Origin: Euryarchaeota archaeon UBA106
GTDB lineage: Archaea; Thermoplasmatota; Poseidoniia; Poseidoniales; Thalassarchaeaceae
Assembly (NCBI GenBank): GCA_002502365.1
Contig: DAOJ01000081.1
Span: forward strand, 562-57,045
DNA: 56,484 nucleotides
Direction: 5' to 3'
This document shows positions 38,120 to 47,536 of the stretch, piece by piece. Both the position numbers and the translations under genes were made by a program. Every line of letters begins with the position of its first letter. Positions within the stretch are counted from its first letter, which is position 1. Below the pieces are notes generated by a model. It saw only the letters and a list, made by a program, of their open reading frames with translations, searched no databases and was not told the origin of the DNA.

Positions 38120-39097
38120 TCATGGCCAGTTAATGTGATTTTTCGAATGAGCACATTTCAAGGTACAGTTCTGTCCCGAAATTACAGCATGAACCTCTCC
38201 ATCACAAACAGGGCAGATTACCTGTTCTGCAAGTTCCTCTAACCATGCTCTTCGAGTTTCAAGTTCGTCTCCCTCTTCTCTAAGTCTCTTGAGTATTCTA
38301 GCGGCCTCCTCCTTCAAGCCAACCCCCGCTTCCGACCAAGGGTCTGATTCAAGACTGCCCATTTTTGCAGTGGCTGCGTCTCTCGCCGCCTTGGAGGCGG
38401 TAGACCCAGCGATGGAAATATCACTAGAATCATCCAATTCGGATGGAGCACCTCTTGCGATCGGCCTTGCTAAAATCCAAGCGAGCATAAAGCCTCCAAG
38501 ATGGGCCATGTGCGCTACATTTGTTACTGATTGACCCGCTTCGATTTGATACATATTCCAGACTTCAATACCTAGTCTGAAAGCTACAATTCCCCAAACC
38601 GGCCAGGCACGGATGAAAAACAATAGTGGGAATTCTATTCTATCATTAGGCCAGCATGCCATGTAAGCACCAAGAATTCCGAAAGCGGCTCCACTCGCTC
38701 CGAGTGTAGGGCTTATCGAATCAGGATGGGTTAACACCCATGCTATATTACCCCCTAATAGGCCAATAAAGTACACCAATATCCAGCGCCGCTTCCCCAT
38801 TCTTTGCTCTAGAGGAACTCCCGCTAGAGCGATTACCACTATATTTGAGAGAATGTGTAGCCAACTTCCATGAAGCCAAGCAGAGGTGATGAAGCGATGG
38901 ATTTGGTCGGGATGATTTGCAATTTTCGGGATAATTGAAAGGGAGTTAACGAGTGAAAAATCGAGGAAACCCATGTTGATAATCATTTGATAGAAGGTTA
39001 CCAATAATAATGATAAAACTGTGGCTAGGGCTATACTCGTTTCTTGTTTCCAAGCCACTATATATGGAGCTATGGCGATTACTAGAAACAGGCCCAA
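38120..39097 (-). CDS. Rhomboid-family intramembrane serine protease with C-terminal cytoplasmic zinc-ribbon-like tail
   Basis: WLHGSWLHILSN, the catalytic GASGAAFGILGA (GxSG) and AHLGGF (His). Tail: ICPVCDGEVHAVISGQNCTLKCAHSKNH. Confidence 0.85.
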   Translation of the reverse strand: MGLFLVIAIAPYIVAWKQETSIALATVLSLLLVTFYQMIINMGFLDFSLVNSLSIIPKIANHPDQIHRFITSAWLHGSWLHILSNIVVIALAGVPLEQRMGKRRWILVYFIGLLGGNIAWVLTHPDSISPTLGASGAAFGILGAYMACWPNDRIEFPLLFFIRAWPVWGIVAFRLGIEVWNMYQIEAGQSVTNVAHMAHLGGFMLAWILARPIARGAPSELDDSSDISIAGSTASKAARDAATAKMGSLESDPWSEAGVGLKEEAARILKRLREEGDELETRRAWLEELAEQVICPVCDGEVHAVISGQNCTLKCAHSKNHINWP

Positions 39098-39187
39098 TGC
39101 GACCCAATCAGAACCGGTTAGGTCAGACCAAACAAGGTCATATTCAGCAGCAGCCAGCCCTCTCCCTCGAGCCTCGACAGAGCCCTC

Positions 39188-40648
39188 ATGTGCATAGGGA
39201 CTTCGATGGAACCACTCAAACGCAGGCTGCTAGTGGGGGATATCGTGAGCGCGCGTACTTTGCTCTCAGCCCGCGGGTTGGTTGTCGACAGAGGCACCCG
39301 TAAGGTGCTTCGAGGTGTTGACTTTTCACTCTCAGGTGGGGAAGTCGTTGGTTTACTAGGGGTAAACGGATCAGGTAAGTCCACTTTGTTAGAATCTCTT
39401 GCAGGTTTGCACCCTATGTCTCAGGGCCAAGTTCTAAGAAATGACCTAGATATCGAAACTACCGTCAGAGACTCTGAAGGTCAGCGAGGGGATATCACTG
39501 GGTTCGGACTTTGTTTGCAAACTGAGGGAATGTCCGGTGACGAAACAGTATTCGAAAGAATTCGTGGTGCTTGCCGCGTTGCTGGACGGGCAGATAATTC
39601 ACAAGCATTGCAGCAAATCCTCTCCGACTGGGGTCTTTTGCATAGAGCAGAGGATAGAATTTGCAAACTCTCTGGTGGTCTACGGAGAAGAGTTGCGGTT
39701 CTATCCGCCCTTGTTCCAGTCGCACTAAATTCTGAGCCATCAGTTGTGCTTCTTGATGAACCTTCAGAGGGCCTTGATCAATCATCTAGAGCATTATTGT
39801 TAGGGTGGTTAAGGGGCCTAGCAGAGAGGGGTCATGGAATTCTAGTTGCGACTCACGACCCTGAGGTCATTACCGCTTGCGACAGAATTGTCACTATTGG
39901 TGAAACCTCAGAATTGACAAGCAAAGTTCAGCAATCGAACTTAGAACATGCCAATCTTCCAGAGCCCTGTTCCCCTCAATCGCACACAGAATTAGTTGCT
40001 TGGGCTTGGAGGCTTGAGAGCCGCAACCCTATCGATACGATTGGACGTGGAGTTCCAGCATTGGTCGCCTTATTGCTAGCCTATACACTGTCTACTGACA
40101 TCGTTCGAAGTAGTGAAAATTACGATTTATTGGCCGCTCTAACTCTAACCCCCGCCTTCATCACAGCTATCGTAACTCCCGCCATTATCAAACGACTCTC
40201 TGAAGAGAGAGCGGGCGATTGGTGGCGGGCTATGACTGGTGCCCGCTCAAGGGGTTGGTTTTCCATAATGGGAGTCTCTCTGGTTCTCCCATTGCCGATA
40301 ATTTACCTGTCTTGGTACGTTATTGCAGGTGATATCAGTTCAACCATGAATTCTAATGTTTTGCTCTGGCTTTGGCTATTTGCATTTGTACTCATCGACT
40401 TGAGTGTGGCCGCTTCGGCTTTGCATCTGATGGTATCAGATCTTACGAGATCCGGCGCGGTAGCGGGAAGTTTATTGCAACTAGTCTTAATCTGGCCGTT
40501 CCTGCAAATGACTAGTGCTCTGACTTCGATAATGAGTAATGGTATGAGTTTTAAATTGGCTCTAGGTGAACCATTTGCAGACATTGCCATAGCATGGTTA
40601 ACAGTGGTATTTTTGTGGGCGATGGCAGTCATAATCCCTGAAGATTAA
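39188..40648 (+). CDS. ABC ATPase fused to an ABC-2-type permease; CcmA-CcmB-like heme exporter by context
   Basis: GVNGSGKSTLL Walker A, LSGGLRRR signature, VVLLDEPSEGLD Walker B. About 230 aa with about 6 hydrophobic helices follow. It lies directly upstream of ccmC. Confidence 0.65.
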   Translation: MCIGTSMEPLKRRLLVGDIVSARTLLSARGLVVDRGTRKVLRGVDFSLSGGEVVGLLGVNGSGKSTLLESLAGLHPMSQGQVLRNDLDIETTVRDSEGQRGDITGFGLCLQTEGMSGDETVFERIRGACRVAGRADNSQALQQILSDWGLLHRAEDRICKLSGGLRRRVAVLSALVPVALNSEPSVVLLDEPSEGLDQSSRALLLGWLRGLAERGHGILVATHDPEVITACDRIVTIGETSELTSKVQQSNLEHANLPEPCSPQSHTELVAWAWRLESRNPIDTIGRGVPALVALLLAYTLSTDIVRSSENYDLLAALTLTPAFITAIVTPAIIKRLSEERAGDWWRAMTGARSRGWFSIMGVSLVLPLPIIYLSWYVIAGDISSTMNSNVLLWLWLFAFVLIDLSVAASALHLMVSDLTRSGAVAGSLLQLVLIWPFLQMTSALTSIMSNGMSFKLALGEPFADIAIAWLTVVFLWAMAVIIPED

Positions 40649-40659
40649 ATGGTGAGGAA

Positions 40660-41385
40660 ATGAATTTTCGTGATTCAGGTTATGCTTTGACATATCTGGG
40701 GCTTGCGGGTATTGTTTTTGTTTCAGTACTTGGATTAGAGTTTGCTCCGGGTTTGAAGCCATGTACTGAAGGAGGCTGCTGGGAGGCTCCTGAAGCATAC
40801 AGAATTCTCTATCTTCACGTGCCATTCGCTTGGTGTTCATTCTTATCTTTCAGTGTTCTCTTTTATGGCTCATTGATGTGGTATCTTAAGCGCAGTGAGG
40901 ATGCTTGGGTTTACTTTCAGAGTGGGTCAGACCTAGGTGTTATATTCGGATTAGGAGTAATTACTTCAGGGCCAATTTGGGCTTCTGCAGAATGGAATCG
41001 GCCTTGGGATTGGGGTGATATGAGGTTGAATTCCTTTGCCCTACTGACCGCAGTTGCCCTGTTCCTACTATATTCTCGTCAATCTCAACCCGACACACAA
41101 CAAAATCGAGACACTCTTTCTGCAATCGGATTATTCGGGTTCGCTTTGGTTCCGATTACCGCTGGTGCAACCACTTGGTGGGAAACCACCCATCCTGAGG
41201 TTTTAGTCGTCGAGTCAACTGAATCAGTAGGAATGAGTCCAGAAATTCGCTCATTCTTATTGATTAGTTTTGGTATAATGTGTATTCTATTCATGGGTTT
41301 ACTATTGCTTTCAAACAAGCGATACCGCCTTGCTGCAGAGGTCTCTGCAAGAAAGAATGAGCTAGATCAGGAGTCGATATCTTGA
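40660..41385 (+). CDS. ccmC: Heme exporter protein CcmC
   Basis: YRILYLHVPFAW (compare E. coli YRIIYLHVPAA), the W-rich loop WASAEWNRPWDWGDMRL, and a second His region TTWWETTHP. Confidence 0.85.
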   Translation: MNFRDSGYALTYLGLAGIVFVSVLGLEFAPGLKPCTEGGCWEAPEAYRILYLHVPFAWCSFLSFSVLFYGSLMWYLKRSEDAWVYFQSGSDLGVIFGLGVITSGPIWASAEWNRPWDWGDMRLNSFALLTAVALFLLYSRQSQPDTQQNRDTLSAIGLFGFALVPITAGATTWWETTHPEVLVVESTESVGMSPEIRSFLLISFGIMCILFMGLLLLSNKRYRLAAEVSARKNELDQESIS

Positions 41386-41534
41386 GCGGAATTGTTGAAG
41401 CATACATAGCCTATGCAATTATGCTTGGCTTAGTAATTTGGTTTAGTCGCGAATTGCTCACATCAATTTCTAATTTAGAGACAGAATTAGATTCACTTTC
41501 CGATAAGCAATCAAGGCCTAATGAGGAAGAATAA
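41382..41534 (+). CDS. Unannotated 50-aa single-TM ORF, CcmD-like by position and shape
   Basis: The TTG start overlaps the ccmC stop (TTGA). (M)SGIVEAYIAYAIMLGLVIWFSRELLTSISNLETELDSLSDKQSRPNEEE has one TM plus a charged tail. A terminator hairpin follows. Confidence 0.4.
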   Translation: MSGIVEAYIAYAIMLGLVIWFSRELLTSISNLETELDSLSDKQSRPNEEE

Positions 41535-41551
41535 TTCTAATTTCTTCTTGT

Positions 41552-41573
41552 TTCGGCCCCAAAGTGGGCCGAA
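41552..41573 (+). terminator. Terminator-like hairpin after the ccm genes
   Basis: The T-rich run TTTCTTCTTGTT is followed by TTCGGCCC-caaagt-GGGCCGAA (8-bp stem). Confidence 0.45.
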
Positions 41574-41638
41574 TTAGCATACGACCGGCTCACCAACCAT
41601 TCAAACGGGGTAGGCTTGCCGGATAACGAGGGAGCAAC

Positions 41639-42691
41639 ATGGATGGCGCAGCGTTTTGTATCGCATGTGGCTCCCCTCCGCCTCTAACATCTGAACGTCT
41701 TTGCGAAAATTGTCTTAGAACAAGAACGGTTTTTTCTCAGGTGTCCGAGCGAATTCAACAACATCGCTGTGCAAAGTGTGGAATGCATGAAGTAGAGAAG
41801 CGATGGGTAAGAATTGAAGACGAAGAATTGGGTGAATTACGGCTCCGGGAAAACCTTGGAGTTACAGAAGGAGCCACAGCAGTAACTGTTGATATGGCAT
41901 ATCAGCCGATAGATGATAGGACTGCAAGGCTTCACGTTACTGTTGATGGTGAATTAGAAGGATACAAATTTGAAGACCAGCATGAAGTACTATTGCAAAC
42001 AAGTAACGCAGTTTGCCCTTCATGCACGAGAAAAGCAGGTGCGTATTTTGAGGCAACAATGCAACTAAGGAGTGCAGGGCGTAGATTATCTGAGGAGGAA
42101 TTAAAGGATCTTAGAGGAACCTTGGATGAGTTACTCGATGAATTAGAATCAGACCCGATGTTTTTCGTAACCAAAGAAGGACCAGTTACAGGAGGTTGGG
42201 ATCTGCAACTCGGGTCGAAAGCCCTTGCAAGAACTTGGGCTCGAAGGCTTGTTCGAAGGTTTGGAGGAACGACAAAAGAGACCTCAACTTTGGTTGGTAT
42301 GAGGGAGGGTTCTGAAGTGACACGACTGACTCTTTCCTACAGAAAACCGGCTTATGGGCTCGGAGATGTAATCCGTCTAAAAAGGGAATACTGGTTAGTT
42401 TCAGCTTGGCAGAAGGATGGTCCAAAAATCAGACGATTAGATCGCAATGAACGAACAGGGGTGACTTGGAGAGATATGGAGAAGGCTACTGTAGTTAGTA
42501 AATCCGACGACCAATTCATCGTCGATATTCTGAACAGAGATAGTTCAGGAGCTGAAGTCATGGACCCCAATGACTACCGAGTTGTGACTGTCGCTTTACC
42601 TTACGATAATGATTCGTCTTTGCCAAATCTACGAATTGCTTTCATAGACGACTCATGGTTGGCTTTACCAGGACACAGGGGAGAGGAGTGA
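41639..42691 (+). CDS. nmd3: NMD3-family protein (archaeal homolog of the 60S export adaptor)
   Basis: N-terminal Cys clusters CIACG...CENC, CAKCG and CPSCTRKAGAYFEATMQLR are typical of NMD3. Confidence 0.8.
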   Translation: MDGAAFCIACGSPPPLTSERLCENCLRTRTVFSQVSERIQQHRCAKCGMHEVEKRWVRIEDEELGELRLRENLGVTEGATAVTVDMAYQPIDDRTARLHVTVDGELEGYKFEDQHEVLLQTSNAVCPSCTRKAGAYFEATMQLRSAGRRLSEEELKDLRGTLDELLDELESDPMFFVTKEGPVTGGWDLQLGSKALARTWARRLVRRFGGTTKETSTLVGMREGSEVTRLTLSYRKPAYGLGDVIRLKREYWLVSAWQKDGPKIRRLDRNERTGVTWRDMEKATVVSKSDDQFIVDILNRDSSGAEVMDPNDYRVVTVALPYDNDSSLPNLRIAFIDDSWLALPGHRGEE

Positions 42692-43731
42692 GTATCTTGG
42701 ATTTGGATTTTCAATCACTTCTTGCCAAATACGACAAATCGGATATGGCCGGATTTACCAGAAAATTTGTTGATGACCTGAATGCAGCAATATCTGCCGA
42801 GATAGAAATCGAGGCAGACATGGATTGGAGTGGAGTTGTCTGCTTAGGAATGGGCGGTTCTGGAGCAGGGGGTATGTTTCTGTCTACTCTAGCCGATGAT
42901 TCAGGAGGTCTTCCATTTGTAGTTTGGAATAACTATGGTCTACCGTCTTGGTGGGGGCCCGATTGGCTAGTTTTAGCGACATCATATTCGGGCAATACAG
43001 AGGAGACTTTGGATGGTGTAAGCAAAGCTCTGGAAGAAGGAGGGGTTGTGATAGGCATTTGCTCTGGTGGAAATCTAGAAGAGATGCTTTCTGAAAGTGA
43101 AGAATCGATTTGTATAACGGTTCCAAGTGGGCAAATGCCAAGATCGGCATTTGGACATATTTTTGGTAGTCAACTATCAATCTGTTGGGCTCTAGGTATT
43201 CTTCCGAAACCTTCTGATGAACAAATTAACCAAATGATTGGTCGCCTAGCGACAATTTCTGAATCTGCAGATTTAGTTGGTGGTGATGGTAGAGTATCTA
43301 GTATGGCATCAAAATTCTCAGACAAGGAAATCGCCATCGTTTCGGCGAGTGAAATGTCATCGGTCGGTATTCGATTTACCAACCAGATTAATGAGAATTC
43401 GGAGATGTTTTCCCGTCCTGTTGAATTGCCTGAAATGAATCATAATGAGATAGTGGCTTGGAATAGAAACTCATCATCTCAAGCATTGCTATACCTCGCA
43501 AGCCCGCACACTCATCCACGCGTGCGTGCGCGCATGAACTATATGATGGAAAATCTCCAACCGGGTGATTCTTGGTTACTTGATTGCGAGGGTGAAAACC
43601 TACTTGAGAGTCTTCTTTTCGCAGCACACATAACTGATTGGGTAAGTATTGCATTGGCAGTTATGAATGGTATTGACCCATCTGAAATGACTGCAATTGA
43701 TGGCCTCAAAACATATCTTTCCACAGTTTAG
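42688..43731 (+). CDS. Bifunctional phosphoglucose/phosphomannose isomerase (SIS domain)
   Basis: The track ORF opens at 42655. A GTG at 42688 overlaps the nmd3 stop (GTGA). GMGGSGAGG and ATSYSGNTEET motifs. Confidence 0.8.
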   Translation: MSILDLDFQSLLAKYDKSDMAGFTRKFVDDLNAAISAEIEIEADMDWSGVVCLGMGGSGAGGMFLSTLADDSGGLPFVVWNNYGLPSWWGPDWLVLATSYSGNTEETLDGVSKALEEGGVVIGICSGGNLEEMLSESEESICITVPSGQMPRSAFGHIFGSQLSICWALGILPKPSDEQINQMIGRLATISESADLVGGDGRVSSMASKFSDKEIAIVSASEMSSVGIRFTNQINENSEMFSRPVELPEMNHNEIVAWNRNSSSQALLYLASPHTHPRVRARMNYMMENLQPGDSWLLDCEGENLLESLLFAAHITDWVSIALAVMNGIDPSEMTAIDGLKTYLSTV

Positions 43732-44309
43732 TAGAGGTCACCTAGAACCAATCTGGGGTCGGGATAAATTTGCAAAGCCTCTTCTCGATCTCTAGGCGCT
43801 ACAACTCCTGGCATATCATGAGTTTCTGGCTCTTGATATGACAATTGAAAGTGTAGGTGAGGTTCCCAACCACCATTTTCATGATGGGCGCCCATCCAAC
43901 ATATTACATCACCAGAATTAACCTTCTGACCTACCGATTTACCCTCTATTGAAGCCGAATCAAGATGGCCATAAAGTGCCCAAATTTTTGTTCCATCCAA
44001 GATATGCTTGGTAATTACAACGTGACCATAGTCTCCATCGGCTGCATTGTATCCAAAATGAGAGATCTCACCCTCGGCGAATGCCATACAGGGAGTTCCG
44101 ACTGGCGCTCCGATATCTATCCCCATGTGTAGAAAGCGCTCTCCTGAAAATAGTTCAGTTGAATATAATCCCGGCCTCAATTCATCGTACTTCCCAACAC
44201 TATAATCAGTTTTGGGAGGAGTCCAAGTTCCTCCTGATAAATCGAGGACAGTGTAATCTTCTGGTATATCGACAACTGGATGGAAATCGTGAGAGCCCCA
44301 GTCAATCAT
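43728..44309 (-). CDS. M23-family (LytM-type) zinc metallopeptidase, no signal peptide
   Basis: HMGIDIGAPVGTP (HxxxD), GHLD and PHLHFQL (HxH). The N-terminus MIDWGSHDFHPVVD is not hydrophobic. Confidence 0.75.
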   Translation of the reverse strand: MIDWGSHDFHPVVDIPEDYTVLDLSGGTWTPPKTDYSVGKYDELRPGLYSTELFSGERFLHMGIDIGAPVGTPCMAFAEGEISHFGYNAADGDYGHVVITKHILDGTKIWALYGHLDSASIEGKSVGQKVNSGDVICWMGAHHENGGWEPHLHFQLSYQEPETHDMPGVVAPRDREEALQIYPDPRLVLGDLY

Positions 44310-44334
44310 GGTCCGCCGGTGCAGACCTAGGACA

Positions 44335-45597
44335 TCATTCCTCCTCTTCTACGCTACCTGTGTTCTCTGGAATTCGAGCAGTCCCATCAACTGTCTCAAT
44401 AACTTCCAATTTTCTTGCAGTATTGTCAGCCACTCGGAGATTTTCAAGCCTACGGCCAGCAGGAATAACTCTTCGATCGTAGGAGCCAACTGCTGAATTG
44501 TAAGCATTAGTTGCGGTATTTAGTCCGCGTCCAATCTTTGCTAAATCCTCTCCAAATTTCGCAGAACGCTCGTATAATTCTCGAGCGGCCTGCTGAATTT
44601 CTTGCGCATTCTCAGCCATCGATTGTTGTTGCCAGTATACGCTAACCGTTCGTAATAATCCGAGCAATTCTACAGGAGTTGTAATTAGGATATTTTTCCT
44701 GAAAGCGTACTCTTGCAGAGTTGGATCAATTTCGAATGCTGCTGCAAGTATTGGAGGTGCGGGAATGTACATGACCGTGAAATCAGAACCACCCATTAAA
44801 CTGGGATAATCTCTTTTCACAAGAGCATCGATGTGAACTTTCAGAGATTTCGCATGCTCTTGCATTTTCTTTTTCCTAGCATCAGGGTCTTCGAGGTCGA
44901 GGCCATCCCAATAAGCTGCTAGAGGTACCTTAGCATCAATCGGAATGTTTCCACCGTCTGGAATTTTAGCGACCATATCGACTCGACCACCACCTGCGCC
45001 AGAAGCTAAAGTGACCTCAACATCAAAATCACAATGTTCAGTCATTCCAGCCGACTCTGCTACATTTCTGAGTGAAATTTGCCCCCAGTCTCCTCTAGAT
45101 TTGCTAGACCCTCTTAATGCAGTCGAGAGTTTGACATTGGTATCTCGCAAATCAGTAGTTTGTTTGCTCAGTCCTTCGACGGTCCGCTTCAACCCCTGGT
45201 AAGCTCCCTCGCGTTCCTTCTCCATCTTGTCTGTCGATGCTTGCAATTTCTCCAAACTATCCTTGATTGGAGTCACTAAGTCCGCAACCTCCTTTCGCCG
45301 AGCATCATGATCCTTTTCAGTCTCAATTTTTTGCGCATCAAACCTTTCTCCAGCAAGTTGTAGAAGATTTACGGATGCTTTTTCATTTGCTTCGGTGGCA
45401 AAATTCCTCATCTCGGCCCTGAGTAATTCCATCGATTTAGTATGTTCTTCAGACATCACGTTTACGGAGACTTCAGCCTGTGCTAAAGCGGATTTCATTG
45501 CAAATAATTCAGCATTCATTTTCTGTTTGGATAACAGCCATCCAATGACGACTCCCAAAACAAGTCCGCCGACAAGATACGTGATTTCCAACAACAT
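44335..45597 (-). CDS. rmuC: DNA recombination protein RmuC
   Basis: N-terminal TM, a long coiled-coil, then GDWGQISLRNVAESAGMTEHCDF...VDMVAKIPDGGNIPIDAKVPL...DFTVMYIP, which is the nuclease-like RmuC core. Confidence 0.85.
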   Translation of the reverse strand: MLLEITYLVGGLVLGVVIGWLLSKQKMNAELFAMKSALAQAEVSVNVMSEEHTKSMELLRAEMRNFATEANEKASVNLLQLAGERFDAQKIETEKDHDARRKEVADLVTPIKDSLEKLQASTDKMEKEREGAYQGLKRTVEGLSKQTTDLRDTNVKLSTALRGSSKSRGDWGQISLRNVAESAGMTEHCDFDVEVTLASGAGGGRVDMVAKIPDGGNIPIDAKVPLAAYWDGLDLEDPDARKKKMQEHAKSLKVHIDALVKRDYPSLMGGSDFTVMYIPAPPILAAAFEIDPTLQEYAFRKNILITTPVELLGLLRTVSVYWQQQSMAENAQEIQQAARELYERSAKFGEDLAKIGRGLNTATNAYNSAVGSYDRRVIPAGRRLENLRVADNTARKLEVIETVDGTARIPENTGSVEEEE

Positions 45598-45710
45598 GTC
45601 AATTAACTAAAACTCGAGGGTATTTAAACAATCATTGCGAACATGCGTAATTATTGTCCTAAGAATTCGAAACAGTACTCTTTAGGGAGCCTGTTTGATA
45701 GGGGATACTA

Positions 45711-46811
45711 ATGGATTCCTACGGGAGGGTGCGCTGTGCAATTCTCGGCGCAACAGGAATAGTCGCCCAACGGTTCTTTCAGAGACTTCAGTTTCATCCT
45801 TGGCTCGAACCGGTGGCAGTAGTCGGCTCTCCAGAAACCGCGGGAACTTCTCACGATGATTGCTTATGGAGTCTCGACGAAGAAAGACCTCCTCCCTCTG
45901 GACTAACAATTGGGGGATTGGAAAACATTCCTTCATTGATTGAGGATTTTAGAAATTTAGGTGTTCGGATTATTTTCTCAGCACTTCCCGATGAACCGGC
46001 CGAAAGGGTAGAGCGAAATTTGGCTGCTGCAGGTTTTCTGGTAGTGTCTCATGCACAGATCCATAGATTATTCCCTAATATTCCCTTGATTGTTCCTGAA
46101 GTAAATTTTAGGGATTTAAAATTACTAGAAAAGCAATTTGATACGGCTGATGGCAGACTCATTTCGTGCAGTAATTGTACAGTTGCTCCAATAGCAATTA
46201 CACTCGCTCCACTCATGAAAATTTGTAGTATATCCTCAGTTAGAATAGCCACTGAACAAGCACTTTCAGGCGGAGGGCGAAAATTACTTGCGAAGGCACA
46301 TTCTGGAGAAGTAATTGCTAGTGAAATCCCTGGAGAGGCTGAGTCTGTAGTAAACGAATTAACTAAGATTCTATCCTCGGATTTTCCTATTGAAGCTGAA
46401 TGTAAGAGAGTAACTCGAGACCATGGGCACTATGCTAGAATAGAAGTCGAATTCGAAGATTCAATTAGTGCTCACCAAGTTATTCATTCTTGGCAAGAGT
46501 CTACTACACGCGGCCAGGAATTGAACCTTCCATCGGCTCCCAGTAGGCCGATTGTCTTTGTTGATGGAGAATTACATCACGACCATCGTTGGGCCGGTGT
46601 AGAGGTTGCTGATCACCCTGGACAAGATCTGAAGGCCGCAATGTCAGTAGCGGTAGGTGAGGTAGAGGTCGAAGGCTCAAATCTGAGATATTCGACAATG
46701 GCTGATAACACAATTCGTGGCGCAGCAGGTTACTCAGTTTTACTAGTTGAACAATTGTTAGCGGACGGGCTTCTTCATGACAATAACACCATACTAGCAG
46801 GGGATTTCTGA
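45711..46811 (+). CDS. asd: Aspartate-semialdehyde dehydrogenase
   Basis: AILGATGIVAQRF (NAD(P) loop), active-site SCSNCTVAP, and C-terminal NTIRGAAG. Confidence 0.85.
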   Translation: MDSYGRVRCAILGATGIVAQRFFQRLQFHPWLEPVAVVGSPETAGTSHDDCLWSLDEERPPPSGLTIGGLENIPSLIEDFRNLGVRIIFSALPDEPAERVERNLAAAGFLVVSHAQIHRLFPNIPLIVPEVNFRDLKLLEKQFDTADGRLISCSNCTVAPIAITLAPLMKICSISSVRIATEQALSGGGRKLLAKAHSGEVIASEIPGEAESVVNELTKILSSDFPIEAECKRVTRDHGHYARIEVEFEDSISAHQVIHSWQESTTRGQELNLPSAPSRPIVFVDGELHHDHRWAGVEVADHPGQDLKAAMSVAVGEVEVEGSNLRYSTMADNTIRGAAGYSVLLVEQLLADGLLHDNNTILAGDF

Positions 46812-46847
46812 CCGCACACGCCAATAGGCTGACCTCCATCGGAGTTC

Positions 46848-47462
46848 GTGCGACAACGGCAACTAGCCATGCTGCTTTCCTCTCTTCCTGCTCATCCCTG
46901 TGGAAGGCTTGAGTTAGAACAATATTCTACGCCGGGAGATATAGCAGCATCTTGGTTAAGTCAAATAGCAACATTTGGCGATATGACTTCTGATTCAACT
47001 ATTGTAGACCTAGGTGCTGGAAACGGGGTGCTTGGAATAGGCGCTGCTCTGATGGGAATAGAACAAGTGCTTTTGATTGAATTGGATGAAGATGCCTGTA
47101 ACAGCGCCTTCCAATCGATCGAACAGGCGGGTGTTACAGAAAATGTCGAGATTGTGATGAAAAATGTCGATGAGAATTTAGATCTATCCGGTGTAGATTT
47201 GATAATTTCTAACCCGCCTTGGGGAACACAGGTCGCTAAATCAGATCGCCCTTTTTTTGATACAGTCGTTCGTTCTAATGCCATTTGTCACCTTATGCAC
47301 AGTGCCAAAGCAACTCATATTGAGCCTTATTTTGAATCCAAAGGATGGACCGTTAACCGATATTGGGAAACTGAATTTCCTCTCCCTGCGGTCTATGCTC
47401 ACCACTCTAGTCGTCGAGGAAGGACAAAGGTTGCATTCTGGAGATTAAAGCCTCCTGAATAA
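46848..47462 (+). CDS. Class I SAM-dependent methyltransferase with NPPW motif (METTL5 / COG2263-like N6-adenine RNA methylase)
   Basis: GTG start after GGAG. VDLGAGNGVLGIGA (motif I) and IISNPPWGTQ (motif IV). Confidence 0.7.
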   Translation: MRQRQLAMLLSSLPAHPCGRLELEQYSTPGDIAASWLSQIATFGDMTSDSTIVDLGAGNGVLGIGAALMGIEQVLLIELDEDACNSAFQSIEQAGVTENVEIVMKNVDENLDLSGVDLIISNPPWGTQVAKSDRPFFDTVVRSNAICHLMHSAKATHIEPYFESKGWTVNRYWETEFPLPAVYAHHSSRRGRTKVAFWRLKPPE

Positions 47463-47481
47463 TTGATTTTATTTTCAATTA

Positions 47482-47498
47482 GCCGTGCTACGCACGGC
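47482..47498 (+). terminator. Perfect hairpin between the methyltransferase and csl4
   Basis: After TTGATTTTATTTTCAATT comes GCCGTGC-tac-GCACGGC (7-bp stem, 3-nt loop). Confidence 0.35.
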
Positions 47499-47536
47499 CG
47501 GACCGTTCATAGGGAGTAGTTCGGTCGCCGGCCACG

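Noticed and set aside
39010-39384. ORFs 39010-39303 (+) and 39118-39384 (-) in the rhomboid / ABC spacer region.
   Set aside because: They overlap the 5' ends of two supported genes, and their sequences are Pro/Ser/Arg-rich shadow-frame-like.
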